The notes below the pieces were generated by a model. That model made no database searches, was not told the DNA's origin, and worked only from the letters and a program-made list of their open reading frames with translations. From Candidatus Azambacteria bacterium (GTDB lineage: Bacteria > Patescibacteriota > Minisyncoccia > GWC2-36-17 > WO2-46-25): DNA of 35,817 bases. Every line of letters begins with the position of its first letter. Within the stretch, counting starts at the first letter, position 1. Shown here in pieces: positions 17,423 to 25,589 of the stretch. The stretch is from positions 1-35,817 of the forward strand of contig JANLHQ010000011.1 of NCBI GenBank assembly GCA_024654415.1, read 5' to 3'. A program made the translations under genes and the position numbers.

Positions 17423-17593
17423 ATATTTAATCCGATATATCAACTATAGCGGATTATAACGAATAAATCAAACTCGCCGCTTATTATTAGTTAGGCCAAC
17501 AAGTTGTAATAAGGACACCCGTATTACGACTTGGCAACAAAGTAGGCTAGTTTGCTTACATCTGGCAGAGCAATGTAAACAAACTTAAAGAAG

Positions 17594-17602
17594 TGTTATA
17601 AT
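17594..17602 (+). promoter_or_regulatory. extended -10 promoter element (TGnTATAAT) with no annotated gene behind it
   Basis: TGTTATAAT at 17594-17602. The -35 is weak (TGTAAA 17574-17579). Confidence 0.35.
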
Positions 17603-17660
17603 AAAATCAACAACTGAATAATTTCGCTCCAAGGGGCGACCTGAAAGGTATTCCGGGTCC

Positions 17661-17712
17661 AAGGGCTCGCAATCGATCACTTAACGGTGAAAGATTGCGA
17701 GCCCTTTTGTTT
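17661..17712 (+). terminator. long hairpin followed by a T-rich stretch
   Basis: AAGGGCTCGCAATC (17661-17674) pairs with GATTGCGAGCCCTT (17693-17706). The loop contains a TCAC/GTGA mini-stem. TTGTTTAGTTGTTT follows. Confidence 0.5.
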
Positions 17713-17887
17713 AGTTGTTTAGATAAAAATGATCATGAATATGAAAATGGTCTCAATGGAGACGAGCTACAAATTTGATATTGTTGCAACGAAAGACGCG
17801 GTCCGAGATGCTTTTACAACATTCGAACCGCCAAAAGAGCCCGTCAATAAAGGATTAACACCAGCTTTCGCTGATGTTAATCCTATC

Positions 17888-17919
17888 TGGCTCCGCGGGT
17901 AGGATTCGCCTCTCCCTAC
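17888..17919 (-). pseudogene. decayed copy of the tRNA-Asn 3' end (T-arm, acceptor strand, CCA)
   Basis: Minus strand reads GTAGG-GAGAGGCGAAT-CCTAC-CCGCGGA-G-CCA. 19 nt (17890-17908) are identical to 18038-18056 of the intact tRNA. The T-loop is disrupted and there is no matching 5' half. Confidence 0.6.
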
Positions 17920-18003
17920 GGTCGAAATGCACCATTTTTCATTCAATCGCCTTGCTCTTGAGAAAAATGGGCACCTTCGGTTCGAATCCCACCCACAGAA
18001 AAA

Positions 18004-18037
18004 CAGAAAACCCCTTAAAAGGGGTTTTCTGTTTTTT
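18004..18037 (-). terminator. bidirectional rho-independent terminator directly after the tRNA 3' end
   Basis: CAGAAAACCCC (18004-18014) / GGGGTTTTCTG (18021-18031) with a 6-nt loop, and T-runs in both orientations. Confidence 0.8.
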
Positions 18038-18076
18038 GCTCCGCGGGTAGGATTCGAACCTACGACCAAGCGATTA

Positions 18077-18644
18077 CACTTGTTTGGTAAGTGGACTATA
18101 TCATCTCCTTCTTCGTTAGAAGTTAAGGAGTCGGGCGCTTATGAGAGATTATTGTTGGGACTCACTCTCTAGTCTCTACACCTTCCTTGAAACTAAAACC
18201 CTTCAAGGCTTGGCTCGGTATTAGATTAACTTCTCCTTCACCGAATTCACCCGATTTTTCAATCCTGATTTCTCAGGAAAGCTGCCTGAAGCATGGATCT
18301 CTGCGTGGCAATTGCTACACAAAAGAATACACTTATCTAATTCTTTTCTTACCCTTTCCCAAGATTGTGTATATCCTTTTGACGCAACTCCGAAATCCTT
18401 GCCGCCAGGTTCTTTATGATGAAAAACTAAAGCAGTTTCACATCTATTGTAGCCACATTTCTGACAAGCTCTTCCCTTATATTCAAGAGACATTTTCTTT
18501 ATATCCTTTCGTCTCTTGTCTACAAAGTACTTAAGCTTGCAGTTTACGCTACAGAACCTGCGTCGTGGTTTCATAATAGTGTTAACGCAAACATGATAAT
18601 TACATTTCATGATTACATTATACCCTATTATGAGCCAAACTTTG
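18077..18644 (-). other. group I intron (IC3-like) in the anticodon loop
   Basis: Minus strand contains AATTCGGTGAA, CCGAGCCAAGC (18218-18208) and GAAGGTGTAGAGACTAGA (18185-18168). I recognise these as the conserved P4, P6 and P7 core strings of the Azoarcus and cyanobacterial tRNA introns. The proposed boundaries obey the rules that the 5' exon ends in U and the intron ends in G. Confidence 0.7.
18221..18610 (-). CDS. HNH homing endonuclease encoded within the intron
   Basis: 129 aa starting at ATG 18610 (MKCNYHVC...). Contains CQKCGY...LVFHHKEP...LLCSNCHAEIH, an HNH motif with flanking Cys pairs. The longer track ORF (to 18709) runs through the tRNA 5' exon and is an artefact. Confidence 0.75.
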   Translation of the reverse strand: MKCNYHVCVNTIMKPRRRFCSVNCKLKYFVDKRRKDIKKMSLEYKGRACQKCGYNRCETALVFHHKEPGGKDFGVASKGYTQSWERVRKELDKCILLCSNCHAEIHASGSFPEKSGLKNRVNSVKEKLI

Positions 18645-18957
18645 ACAGTCGCCTGCGCTACCACTGCGCCACCGCGGAATATGTTTTCCAATGAACTAAC
18701 GCTCCTCAATCGTAATTGAGGAGCGTATGTCTATGGTGTCAGATACACCACACACATACGCTACCCATATGCACTCCCACAGCGCCCCTCCGTCGCCTTG
18801 CGCTTTCACGCAGGCGGCGGAGTGCTCTATGGTAATCTCCCGGTACCGGTGTTGCCCGACATTGCGGACAATCGGCTACCGAAAAACAAGAATGGAAAGA
18901 ACAAAGCATATCAATTATATACTTTTTTCGCAACCCCGCGCAACAGAGAACCTTTCC

Positions 18958-20304
18958 TTAATATCCTTCGAGCCTACTGAGCTTCTTATGCGCGCGGATC
19001 TTTTCAAGCGCTTTCGCTTCGATCTGGCGGATGCGTTCGCGGGTAACGCCAAACTCCTTTCCCACCTCTTCAAGTGTATGAGTAATACCGTCCTCGATGC
19101 CAAACCGCATATGAAGGATCTTTTGTTCTCTGGGACTCAAGTCGGACATAATATCTTTCAGCTGATCTCGTAAAAGATGGCGCGCGGCGCTTTGTGATGG
19201 GATAATTTCTTTCTCATCTTCGATGAACTCACCGAGCGTTGAATCCTCGCTATCATCACCAAGTGGCGTTTCAAGTGAAATCGTTTCTTGTGAAATTTTC
19301 ATGATGTGACGGACCTTTTCAACCTCAAGCTCCATTTCTGCCGCAATTTCTTCGGCAAGAGGCTCTCTACCAAGGTCCTGGAGAAGACGGCGCTTCACCT
19401 GCGTAAACCGAGAGATTGTTTCCACCATATGTACTGGAATGCGGATGGTGCGTGCCTGGTCTGCCAGTGCACGCGTAATTGCCTGCCGAATCCACCACGT
19501 CGCATACGTTGAGAATTTATATCCTTTTCGGTAATCGAACTTCTCTACCGCCTTAAACAACCCCATATTTCCCTCTTGAATAAGATCAAGCAAGGTAAGA
19601 TGCGGGCTTCTTCCTGCGTATTTTTTAGCGATACTTACTACAAGGCGTAAATTTGCTTCGGTAAGCTTGCGCTTTGCCTCTTCATTCCCCTGCTCGATCT
19701 TTCTTGCAAGGTCTTTTTCTTCATCGCCATTCAGCAACGAGATTTTACCGATCTCACGCAAATACATCTGCACAGAGTCCTGCGCGGCATCATCCTTGGC
19801 GTCTGACTTTTCTTTGATCTTTTTCTTCTTCTTTTCTTTTTTCGCGTCCTTTTTTTCTTCTTCCTCTTCGTCTGGAATTTCGAGAAGGTCGCGCGCATCC
19901 ATGAGCTTTATGTTTGCATCACTCAAATGCTCATACAATGTTTCAAGCATTGAAACATCTTGCTCGATATGCGGCATCATATGTAAAATTTCTGTATAGG
20001 TTACAAACCCGCGAAGCCTTCCCTTTGCAAGAAGCTCGTTCATTGCTTTCTCCTGCGCATCTGCTTCTGCTACCTTTTTTCTCTTTGGGCTTGAGATAAA
20101 CCCCTCTTGTTTATGAAAAGACTTGGTCAACGGTTTTTTTGGTTCCACTTTTGCCGGCTCAGCTTTTTTAACGACGCGTTTTTTTGCCGCTGACGCGTGC
20201 TTTTTTGGATTCTGCTTTTGCTTTTTCTTTTGTTGGATTTTTGGCTTCTGCTTCGCCTTTGTCTTCTGCACCTTCTTCACTGCTTTTTTTGCGGGCTTTG
20301 CCAT
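18958..20304 (-). CDS. rpoD: RNA polymerase primary sigma factor (sigma-70) with a lysine-rich N-terminal extension
   Basis: Region 2 [39 protein letters not shown], region 3 IRIPVHMVE, region 4.2 [24 protein letters not shown]. Lies immediately downstream of dnaG. Confidence 0.95.
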   Translation of the reverse strand: MAKPAKKAVKKVQKTKAKQKPKIQQKKKQKQNPKKHASAAKKRVVKKAEPAKVEPKKPLTKSFHKQEGFISSPKRKKVAEADAQEKAMNELLAKGRLRGFVTYTEILHMMPHIEQDVSMLETLYEHLSDANIKLMDARDLLEIPDEEEEEKKDAKKEKKKKKIKEKSDAKDDAAQDSVQMYLREIGKISLLNGDEEKDLARKIEQGNEEAKRKLTEANLRLVVSIAKKYAGRSPHLTLLDLIQEGNMGLFKAVEKFDYRKGYKFSTYATWWIRQAITRALADQARTIRIPVHMVETISRFTQVKRRLLQDLGREPLAEEIAAEMELEVEKVRHIMKISQETISLETPLGDDSEDSTLGEFIEDEKEIIPSQSAARHLLRDQLKDIMSDLSPREQKILHMRFGIEDGITHTLEEVGKEFGVTRERIRQIEAKALEKIRAHKKLSRLEGY

Positions 20305-20315
20305 GACGTTATACG

Positions 20316-22160
20316 TTATTTTGCTACCGCGGTCTGCGGCATTAATTTTGATTTCTTTGCGCTTAATATGTTTACCTCTTGAAATAACTGATCGGAGAGC
20401 GCGGCATCGTTTTGTGCCTCTGCCTTTCGTAATGCGAACTCACGCTGACGAAGCTCGCTTTCTATAAGCTCACGCTCGATGCGTGACGCAGAAAAAATAA
20501 TTTCTTGCCCGATGGTCTCATATGCAGAGATCTCAGACATCAATAAAACTTCGTTAAAAATGTCCTGCGCAGCAGGAGTCATTGCTTCATCGAACTTTCC
20601 TGAATATCCGTTGATTTTACCATATTTCATAAATAAGTCAAACACTTCACGAGTAGGGGTAGAAATTATCTCTTTTCCTATATTTTTATCCTTCTGAATG
20701 AGATTAAGGAATTCAAACTGAGCAAGCGTATCAAATGATGCAATAAACGCCACCTCGTCTTTTTGGGCGTACATAACTGCCATAAGGTGCTCCAGAAACT
20801 TATCTACTATCGTGCGTTTTACCACCACTTTTTCCTCTGCTTTGGGTGGCGTAACGCCATGCTCGGGGAAGCTCTCCTCTGTTTTTATGCGTTTCATTTC
20901 TTCCTCTAAATATTCGACTTTTGTACCTAACCGTATAGAGAGTTGCTCGAGCCAATGATGTATTTCTACTCTGTTGGGAAGTTTCTTGATTTGCGGGAGC
21001 AGTGTCGCTGCAATACGTTTTTTGTCTTCTACTTTTTTAGGATCATATTTCGCGAGAGTGGTTTCAAAGTAGTATTCCATTACCGATACCGCGCGCGCAA
21101 TCTCTTCTGCAAGCTTTTTGGGATGGTCGACGACAAAATCAGCTGGATCCTTTTCTCCCGGAACTTTTGCGACACTCACCACAAACCCCTGGTCCCATGC
21201 GAGCGCGATACTTTTACGCGTTGCCATATCACCAGCCGGGTCTGCATCGAACAAAATACAAATTTTTGTGGCGTAGCGCTTGAGCGTCGCAAGCTGATAC
21301 GCAGTGAACGCCGTACCTGATACTGCAACACTATTCTTCACCCCGTCCTGATATGCCATGATCATATCCATCTGCCCCTCTACGAGCACCGCTGTTTCTT
21401 CTTTCCGGATTACCATCTTTGCTTTATCGAGCCCATACAACACCGTGCTTTTGTTATACAGTACGGTTTGAGGACTATTTACATACTTCCCCTCCCCTTC
21501 TCGCTCCTTAATATAGCGACCAGTGAAGGCAATGATGTCGCCGTTGGCATCTGCGATCGGGAACATAATTCTCCCACGGAAGCGATCGTAATATCGTTTT
21601 TTTCCTGCCTTTTCACTCAAGATCGTAAGCCCTGCCTTTTCGATCATTTCGGCCTTATGCCCTTTGAGCGTCAGGAATTGATATAGCCCTTCCCATGAAT
21701 CAAGAGCATATCCGATACGGAACTCGCTCATTGTTTCTTTGGTCATGCCGCGCTTTGTGAGATACGCGCGCGCTTCCTCGCCCGCTTCACTCTCGAAATT
21801 ATTTTGAAAATACCTCGTTGCGGCAGCGCAAATCTCAAGCAACTGCGTGCGCTCGGTTGCAAGCTTTGGGTCCTGTGCTCGTAGGGTTACTCCCGCCTTT
21901 TTTGCCAAAATACGCAATGCATCGACAAACTCTACTCCTTCCATTTTCATCACGAATTTGAAAATATCACCACCTTCGCCACAGCCAAAACAGTGCCATA
22001 TCTGGCGCGAGGATGAGACGTGAAATGAGGGTGTTTTTTCGTTGTGAAATGGGCACAATGCACGCCAATTTGCACCTGCTTTTTGCAGGCGAATATATCC
22101 CGATAGCACCTCGTGGACATCAAGCCTTGATTTAATTTCTTCAGAAGGAAAGCCAGCCAT
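20316..22160 (-). CDS. dnaG: DNA primase
   Basis: CHC2 zinc finger [14 protein letters not shown]...[11 protein letters not shown]. Toprim [10 protein letters not shown] ... [12 protein letters not shown]. Confidence 0.95.
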   Translation of the reverse strand: MAGFPSEEIKSRLDVHEVLSGYIRLQKAGANWRALCPFHNEKTPSFHVSSSRQIWHCFGCGEGGDIFKFVMKMEGVEFVDALRILAKKAGVTLRAQDPKLATERTQLLEICAAATRYFQNNFESEAGEEARAYLTKRGMTKETMSEFRIGYALDSWEGLYQFLTLKGHKAEMIEKAGLTILSEKAGKKRYYDRFRGRIMFPIADANGDIIAFTGRYIKEREGEGKYVNSPQTVLYNKSTVLYGLDKAKMVIRKEETAVLVEGQMDMIMAYQDGVKNSVAVSGTAFTAYQLATLKRYATKICILFDADPAGDMATRKSIALAWDQGFVVSVAKVPGEKDPADFVVDHPKKLAEEIARAVSVMEYYFETTLAKYDPKKVEDKKRIAATLLPQIKKLPNRVEIHHWLEQLSIRLGTKVEYLEEEMKRIKTEESFPEHGVTPPKAEEKVVVKRTIVDKFLEHLMAVMYAQKDEVAFIASFDTLAQFEFLNLIQKDKNIGKEIISTPTREVFDLFMKYGKINGYSGKFDEAMTPAAQDIFNEVLLMSEISAYETIGQEIIFSASRIERELIESELRQREFALRKAEAQNDAALSDQLFQEVNILSAKKSKLMPQTAVAK

Positions 22161-22222
22161 AACTACATGTGCGCGGCATTATAAAACAAACGCCTTTATT
22201 GCGCAAACGGTGTTTCACCGCA

Positions 22223-23383
22223 CTACTTCGAGAACCAGCCGATAAGCTGAGTGTGCGTAATATCCTTGGTAATACCATTCAGCTCTCTGTGACTCTCTTT
22301 GTCGATATCGATGATAGCATAATGTGACTCTCCTTCCTCGGACACCTCTACCAGTACGCTGTGCGTATCGGGCACCAAAGAAACTATACGAGTTGCATGC
22401 TCGATACTCTTTCTATTCGAACCATCAAGCTGTACCGCATATACATCACCATCCGAGGCAAACACCACTTTTGACTTATCGGCTGTAAGCAAAACACTGC
22501 TCACTTTTTCTCCTGGCAATGCAAGAATATCTGTTCTTTCTTTTGTTGTGATATTAAACGTAAATATACTCGTTGCATCTGCCGCAACAAAAAGCTCATG
22601 CAACGGATAAAATTGTCCTGCGCGCACGCCAGAGAACGATGCAACCGTCGCATACGAATACCGTTGCACATCAATCGCCCGCACCAGTGCTTTGCCATTC
22701 TTTATGCTTGTACAATATGCTTTTGCGCCATCCACTGACCATCCATTAAAATCGCACGCTTCGGAAGCAGGAGAGCTTATTGGCCAAGCGAATACGTCTT
22801 CGTTTTTTTCAAGGTCACGAATCGTAAGGATTCTCGTACCGAGCGAAGAAAATTGCTTGAAGTACAGCATCTTTTTCCCATCGGGAGAAATAGTGAAGCG
22901 TGGATCTTGCGGCACAAAAAAGGAATTAGCCAGTGGCACCGATCCCCCGTCTCGCGTAATCAGTATACTTTGTCCAGAATCAAGAAATACTGCGAAATTT
23001 TCACCATACTCTACTATTGTCGGGGTTGCCTCACTTTTACGCCATGGGATTGAAAAAACCTCTTCCTTTGAAAATGGAGCGTAATATACCTTAAAAATTT
23101 TAAGGCGCTTATCGGTCGAAGACACTTCGCCTATAAGGAAGTACTCGCCACGCGGAGTAGCTTCTCCGCGTGCAACCGAGGAGACCGCCTTCACTGCAGG
23201 CGCCACGACCGTAGACGGTCCACCACCGCTGCTACTATCACTACCAATAAACTGATATGCACCTAAAAATACTACCCCTGCAATAAATAAAACAACTACT
23301 AAAAGCGCAATCCAAAGAAAAGACTGTCTCCTTTTGAGAGAGCTGTGGTACTCATGATCCGATTGTACCGGTTGAAATGGCAT
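22223..23383 (-). CDS. membrane-anchored PD40/TolB-like beta-propeller repeat protein
   Basis: One TM segment (FLWIALLVVVLFIAGVVFLGAY), followed by repeats of the SPDGKKMLYF / WSVDGAKAY / DGDVYAVQLDGSN type. Confidence 0.55.
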   Translation of the reverse strand: MPFQPVQSDHEYHSSLKRRQSFLWIALLVVVLFIAGVVFLGAYQFIGSDSSSGGGPSTVVAPAVKAVSSVARGEATPRGEYFLIGEVSSTDKRLKIFKVYYAPFSKEEVFSIPWRKSEATPTIVEYGENFAVFLDSGQSILITRDGGSVPLANSFFVPQDPRFTISPDGKKMLYFKQFSSLGTRILTIRDLEKNEDVFAWPISSPASEACDFNGWSVDGAKAYCTSIKNGKALVRAIDVQRYSYATVASFSGVRAGQFYPLHELFVAADATSIFTFNITTKERTDILALPGEKVSSVLLTADKSKVVFASDGDVYAVQLDGSNRKSIEHATRIVSLVPDTHSVLVEVSEEGESHYAIIDIDKESHRELNGITKDITHTQLIGWFSK

Positions 23384-23435
23384 TCCCCTATATTATACAC
23401 ATTCCTTACCAAAAGATACAGAATTACCCTGTGTA

Positions 23436-25586
23436 TTACTGCTTCACTTTCTCAGCTTTTTTCACATCAAGAGCCCTTATGAACGATTCTGCCTGCTCCG
23501 CGAGCGAAGGATCGCCCGCAACGGCTTTCTGAGCTGATGCAACCGCCTCATCATATGCACCAAGTGCCGCAAAATTCTCGGCCAGATCGATATACGCACG
23601 CACATCCAAGTGTGTATCAGCATTGAAAATAGCACGCGTAGCAGTAAGCGCTTGCTCATGTGCACCCGCCTTACGATATGCGAGCGCAAGGCGTATCTGA
23701 AGATCTATCACGTTAGGATTTAATACAACTGCTTTTGCAAGCACTGTCACCGCTCCTTGGGAATCCCCCGCAAGCATCTTTACCTCTCCCCACTGAAGAT
23801 ATAGCATCGGCTTGCGTGGCGCGAGCTCTTGCGCGCGGGCAAGTATTTTATCGGCTTGCATGTGTGCATCAGGAATATCCACTGACGCAAGCGCATCGGC
23901 ATTGCCACTTAAAAAAGTAGCATAGTAAAGATAATTTCTAAAATTGAGCGGACCTCGCGCGATGCTATTTTCCATTTCTTGTATCACAAATTCACCGGCG
24001 CGCCGCCGTAATGCTTCATCTGTAATGCGTTCTTCGTGCAGTAGGTCGCTTACATAATCTGCGAGTTTCCCACGAATCTCCTCGCGCCCAAAATTACTGT
24101 AAGCAAGCGCACGCTCAAAGTGCCCCAGTGCTTCATCCGCGGACGATAGTGAGGTCTGTAATGCTCCAACCGTATGGTACGCGCCAAGCGCCGGACGGAC
24201 ATCTACCCAATACACCATGCCCGCAAAGAGTGGGAGGAGAATGAGAGCGGTCTTGAGTGAGGGATTGTAAAACTTCCTCGCCTTATCCTCCGATGCGTGC
24301 GCACCCTCCTCGCCAAGCGTGAACCCACTACCTGCAAACGCACAAAATATAAAAAACGGGAGATATGTCACCAAGCTATCAAACACAAAAATATTTTGCG
24401 TGAAATACGCAGCAATCAATGCAAACGAAAACATCCCGATCCAATACTTTTCAGGGGCGGAGCGTGCAAACGTAATAATACGAAATACGAGGTATATAAA
24501 AAGAGCGGCGTACGCCAGAAGCCCTGCAATACCCATGGTTGTCGCGATATCGAAGAAAATATTATGCGCGTGATCAAACCAATTTTCGGTTGGATATAAT
24601 TTTGGATTGTAATATTTATCAAACACGAGATTATAATTCTCAGGCCCCCACCCGAGTATCGGGCGCGCCATAAACCCCTCCCACCCTGTCGAAACAGAAA
24701 GTAACCGTGTTTGCACTGTAGCGTCAGAGAGTGAAATCGATGAAAAGCGCTGGAATGACTGATATATTCCCCCTCCCTCAAGCATTACCACCGCAAGCAG
24801 TGCAAATGCAATTATGGCGAGCGCCCATTGTATGTGCTTTTTTTTGATAAGCGCTACGCGTATTGGCTTAAACAGATACGCGAGAAAGAGCACTATACCC
24901 GCCACCGCGAGCCCAACTGCCGCACCGCGTGTGCCCGTGAAATAAATAATGACCACATTAAGCGCAATCGAAATTGCCGCACCTACGCGGAACGCAAGAC
25001 GGCTCTCCTTCATAAGCAACATACATGCAAAAAATATTGCAAATAGTAGATACCCTGCGACAAACGCCGCGTTGCCAATCGTAGAATCAATGCGGTCGAT
25101 TCCCGCATGGTAAACCCATCCGATACCAAGTTTTTGCCCTACTCCATACAAACTCACCAGTACGCTTGCGAGTACGAACGTGCGTAAAAGCCACAACCAA
25201 TCTTTTTGTGATACGAATACCGACCGCACTATTAGATACAGCGCTACAAAATGAGCCATAGTAACCACTGAGAGCATTCGCTCGTAGGTGCCAAAGAAGC
25301 TTCGTGCCGGATCTACCCCTAACGCTGCAGCGAGGACATATACGCCAAAAAATGCAAGCACAAGCTTGGTAAGGATGTCGAATTTCGGCGCATACTTCTT
25401 ATCGAGTGAAACCGCCAGAATATAAAAGAATAGCGCGACCGTGACCGCAATTTGAAAAAAAAGCGTCTTGGGAACAATAAAGGGAAAGAAAAACGGTGCG
25501 GAAAGCACCAACGGAGAAAACAGCGAGGCAAGTATTCCCCCTTTTGCGATATTCACATATAGTTTTTTTACATCTTCTCTATTCAT
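23436..25586 (-). CDS. O-antigen-ligase-like (Wzy_C) polytopic membrane protein with C-terminal TPR repeats (paralog 1)
   Basis: More than 10 TM segments, TGTRGAAVGLAVAG and WFDHAHNIFFDIATTMGIAGL motifs, and a C-terminal TPR-like region of ~250 aa. Confidence 0.75.
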   Translation of the reverse strand: MNREDVKKLYVNIAKGGILASLFSPLVLSAPFFFPFIVPKTLFFQIAVTVALFFYILAVSLDKKYAPKFDILTKLVLAFFGVYVLAAALGVDPARSFFGTYERMLSVVTMAHFVALYLIVRSVFVSQKDWLWLLRTFVLASVLVSLYGVGQKLGIGWVYHAGIDRIDSTIGNAAFVAGYLLFAIFFACMLLMKESRLAFRVGAAISIALNVVIIYFTGTRGAAVGLAVAGIVLFLAYLFKPIRVALIKKKHIQWALAIIAFALLAVVMLEGGGIYQSFQRFSSISLSDATVQTRLLSVSTGWEGFMARPILGWGPENYNLVFDKYYNPKLYPTENWFDHAHNIFFDIATTMGIAGLLAYAALFIYLVFRIITFARSAPEKYWIGMFSFALIAAYFTQNIFVFDSLVTYLPFFIFCAFAGSGFTLGEEGAHASEDKARKFYNPSLKTALILLPLFAGMVYWVDVRPALGAYHTVGALQTSLSSADEALGHFERALAYSNFGREEIRGKLADYVSDLLHEERITDEALRRRAGEFVIQEMENSIARGPLNFRNYLYYATFLSGNADALASVDIPDAHMQADKILARAQELAPRKPMLYLQWGEVKMLAGDSQGAVTVLAKAVVLNPNVIDLQIRLALAYRKAGAHEQALTATRAIFNADTHLDVRAYIDLAENFAALGAYDEAVASAQKAVAGDPSLAEQAESFIRALDVKKAEKVKQ

Positions 25587-25589
25587 ATA

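Larger units (their letters stand above)
18039..18678 (-). tRNA. tRNA-Asn(GUU), intron-containing (exons 18678-18645 and 18076-18039)
   Basis: The joined exons give TCCGCGG TG GCGC AGTGGTA GCGC A GGCGA CTGT|TAA TCGCT TGGTC GTAGG TTCGAAT CCTAC CCGCGGA G. This is a perfect 7-bp acceptor, 4-bp D stem, 5-bp anticodon stem (one G-U) and a canonical T-arm. U1-A72 plus G73 is typical of bacterial tRNA-Asn. CCA is not encoded. Confidence 0.75.

Noticed and set aside
17729-17902. A 57-codon + strand ORF (MIMNMKMVSMETSYKFDIVATKD...NPIWLRG) running into the tRNA fragment.
   Set aside because: No recognisable family and no clear ribosome-binding site. It ends inside tRNA-derived sequence and overlaps a 15-bp hairpin (17851-17886). 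It is possibly the stump of a gene truncated by integration, but this is not supportable as a feature.
17888-17998. The CCA-ending copy at 17888 as the 3' end of a tmRNA or a second functional tRNA.
   Set aside because: No complementary 5' acceptor strand lies within reach, the T-loop is expanded to 11 nt, and no tag-like reading frame or GGGG..GAUUCGAC-type 5' domain is present.
17767-18534. Track ORFs 17767..18069 (-), 17927..18172 (+), 18187..18534 (+) and the N-terminal extension of 18221..18709 (-).
   Set aside because: They translate tRNA exons, tRNA fragments, the terminator hairpin or the antisense strand of the intron. Peptides such as GSNPTRGA are the usual signature of a translated T-arm.
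18645-18648. Reading the tRNA anticodon loop straight from the genome (CTGTCAA) suggests tRNA-Asp(GUC).
   Set aside because: That reading needs a 5' exon ending in C or A and an intron ending in T, which violates the group I rules (U before the 5' splice site, G as the last intron base). The U35|U36 junction gives GUU. The U1-A72/G73 acceptor is Asn-like, whereas bacterial tRNA-Asp starts with G. A Thr(UGU) alternative from the U33 splice pair is less consistent with the acceptor and discriminator, but only RNA data can exclude it.
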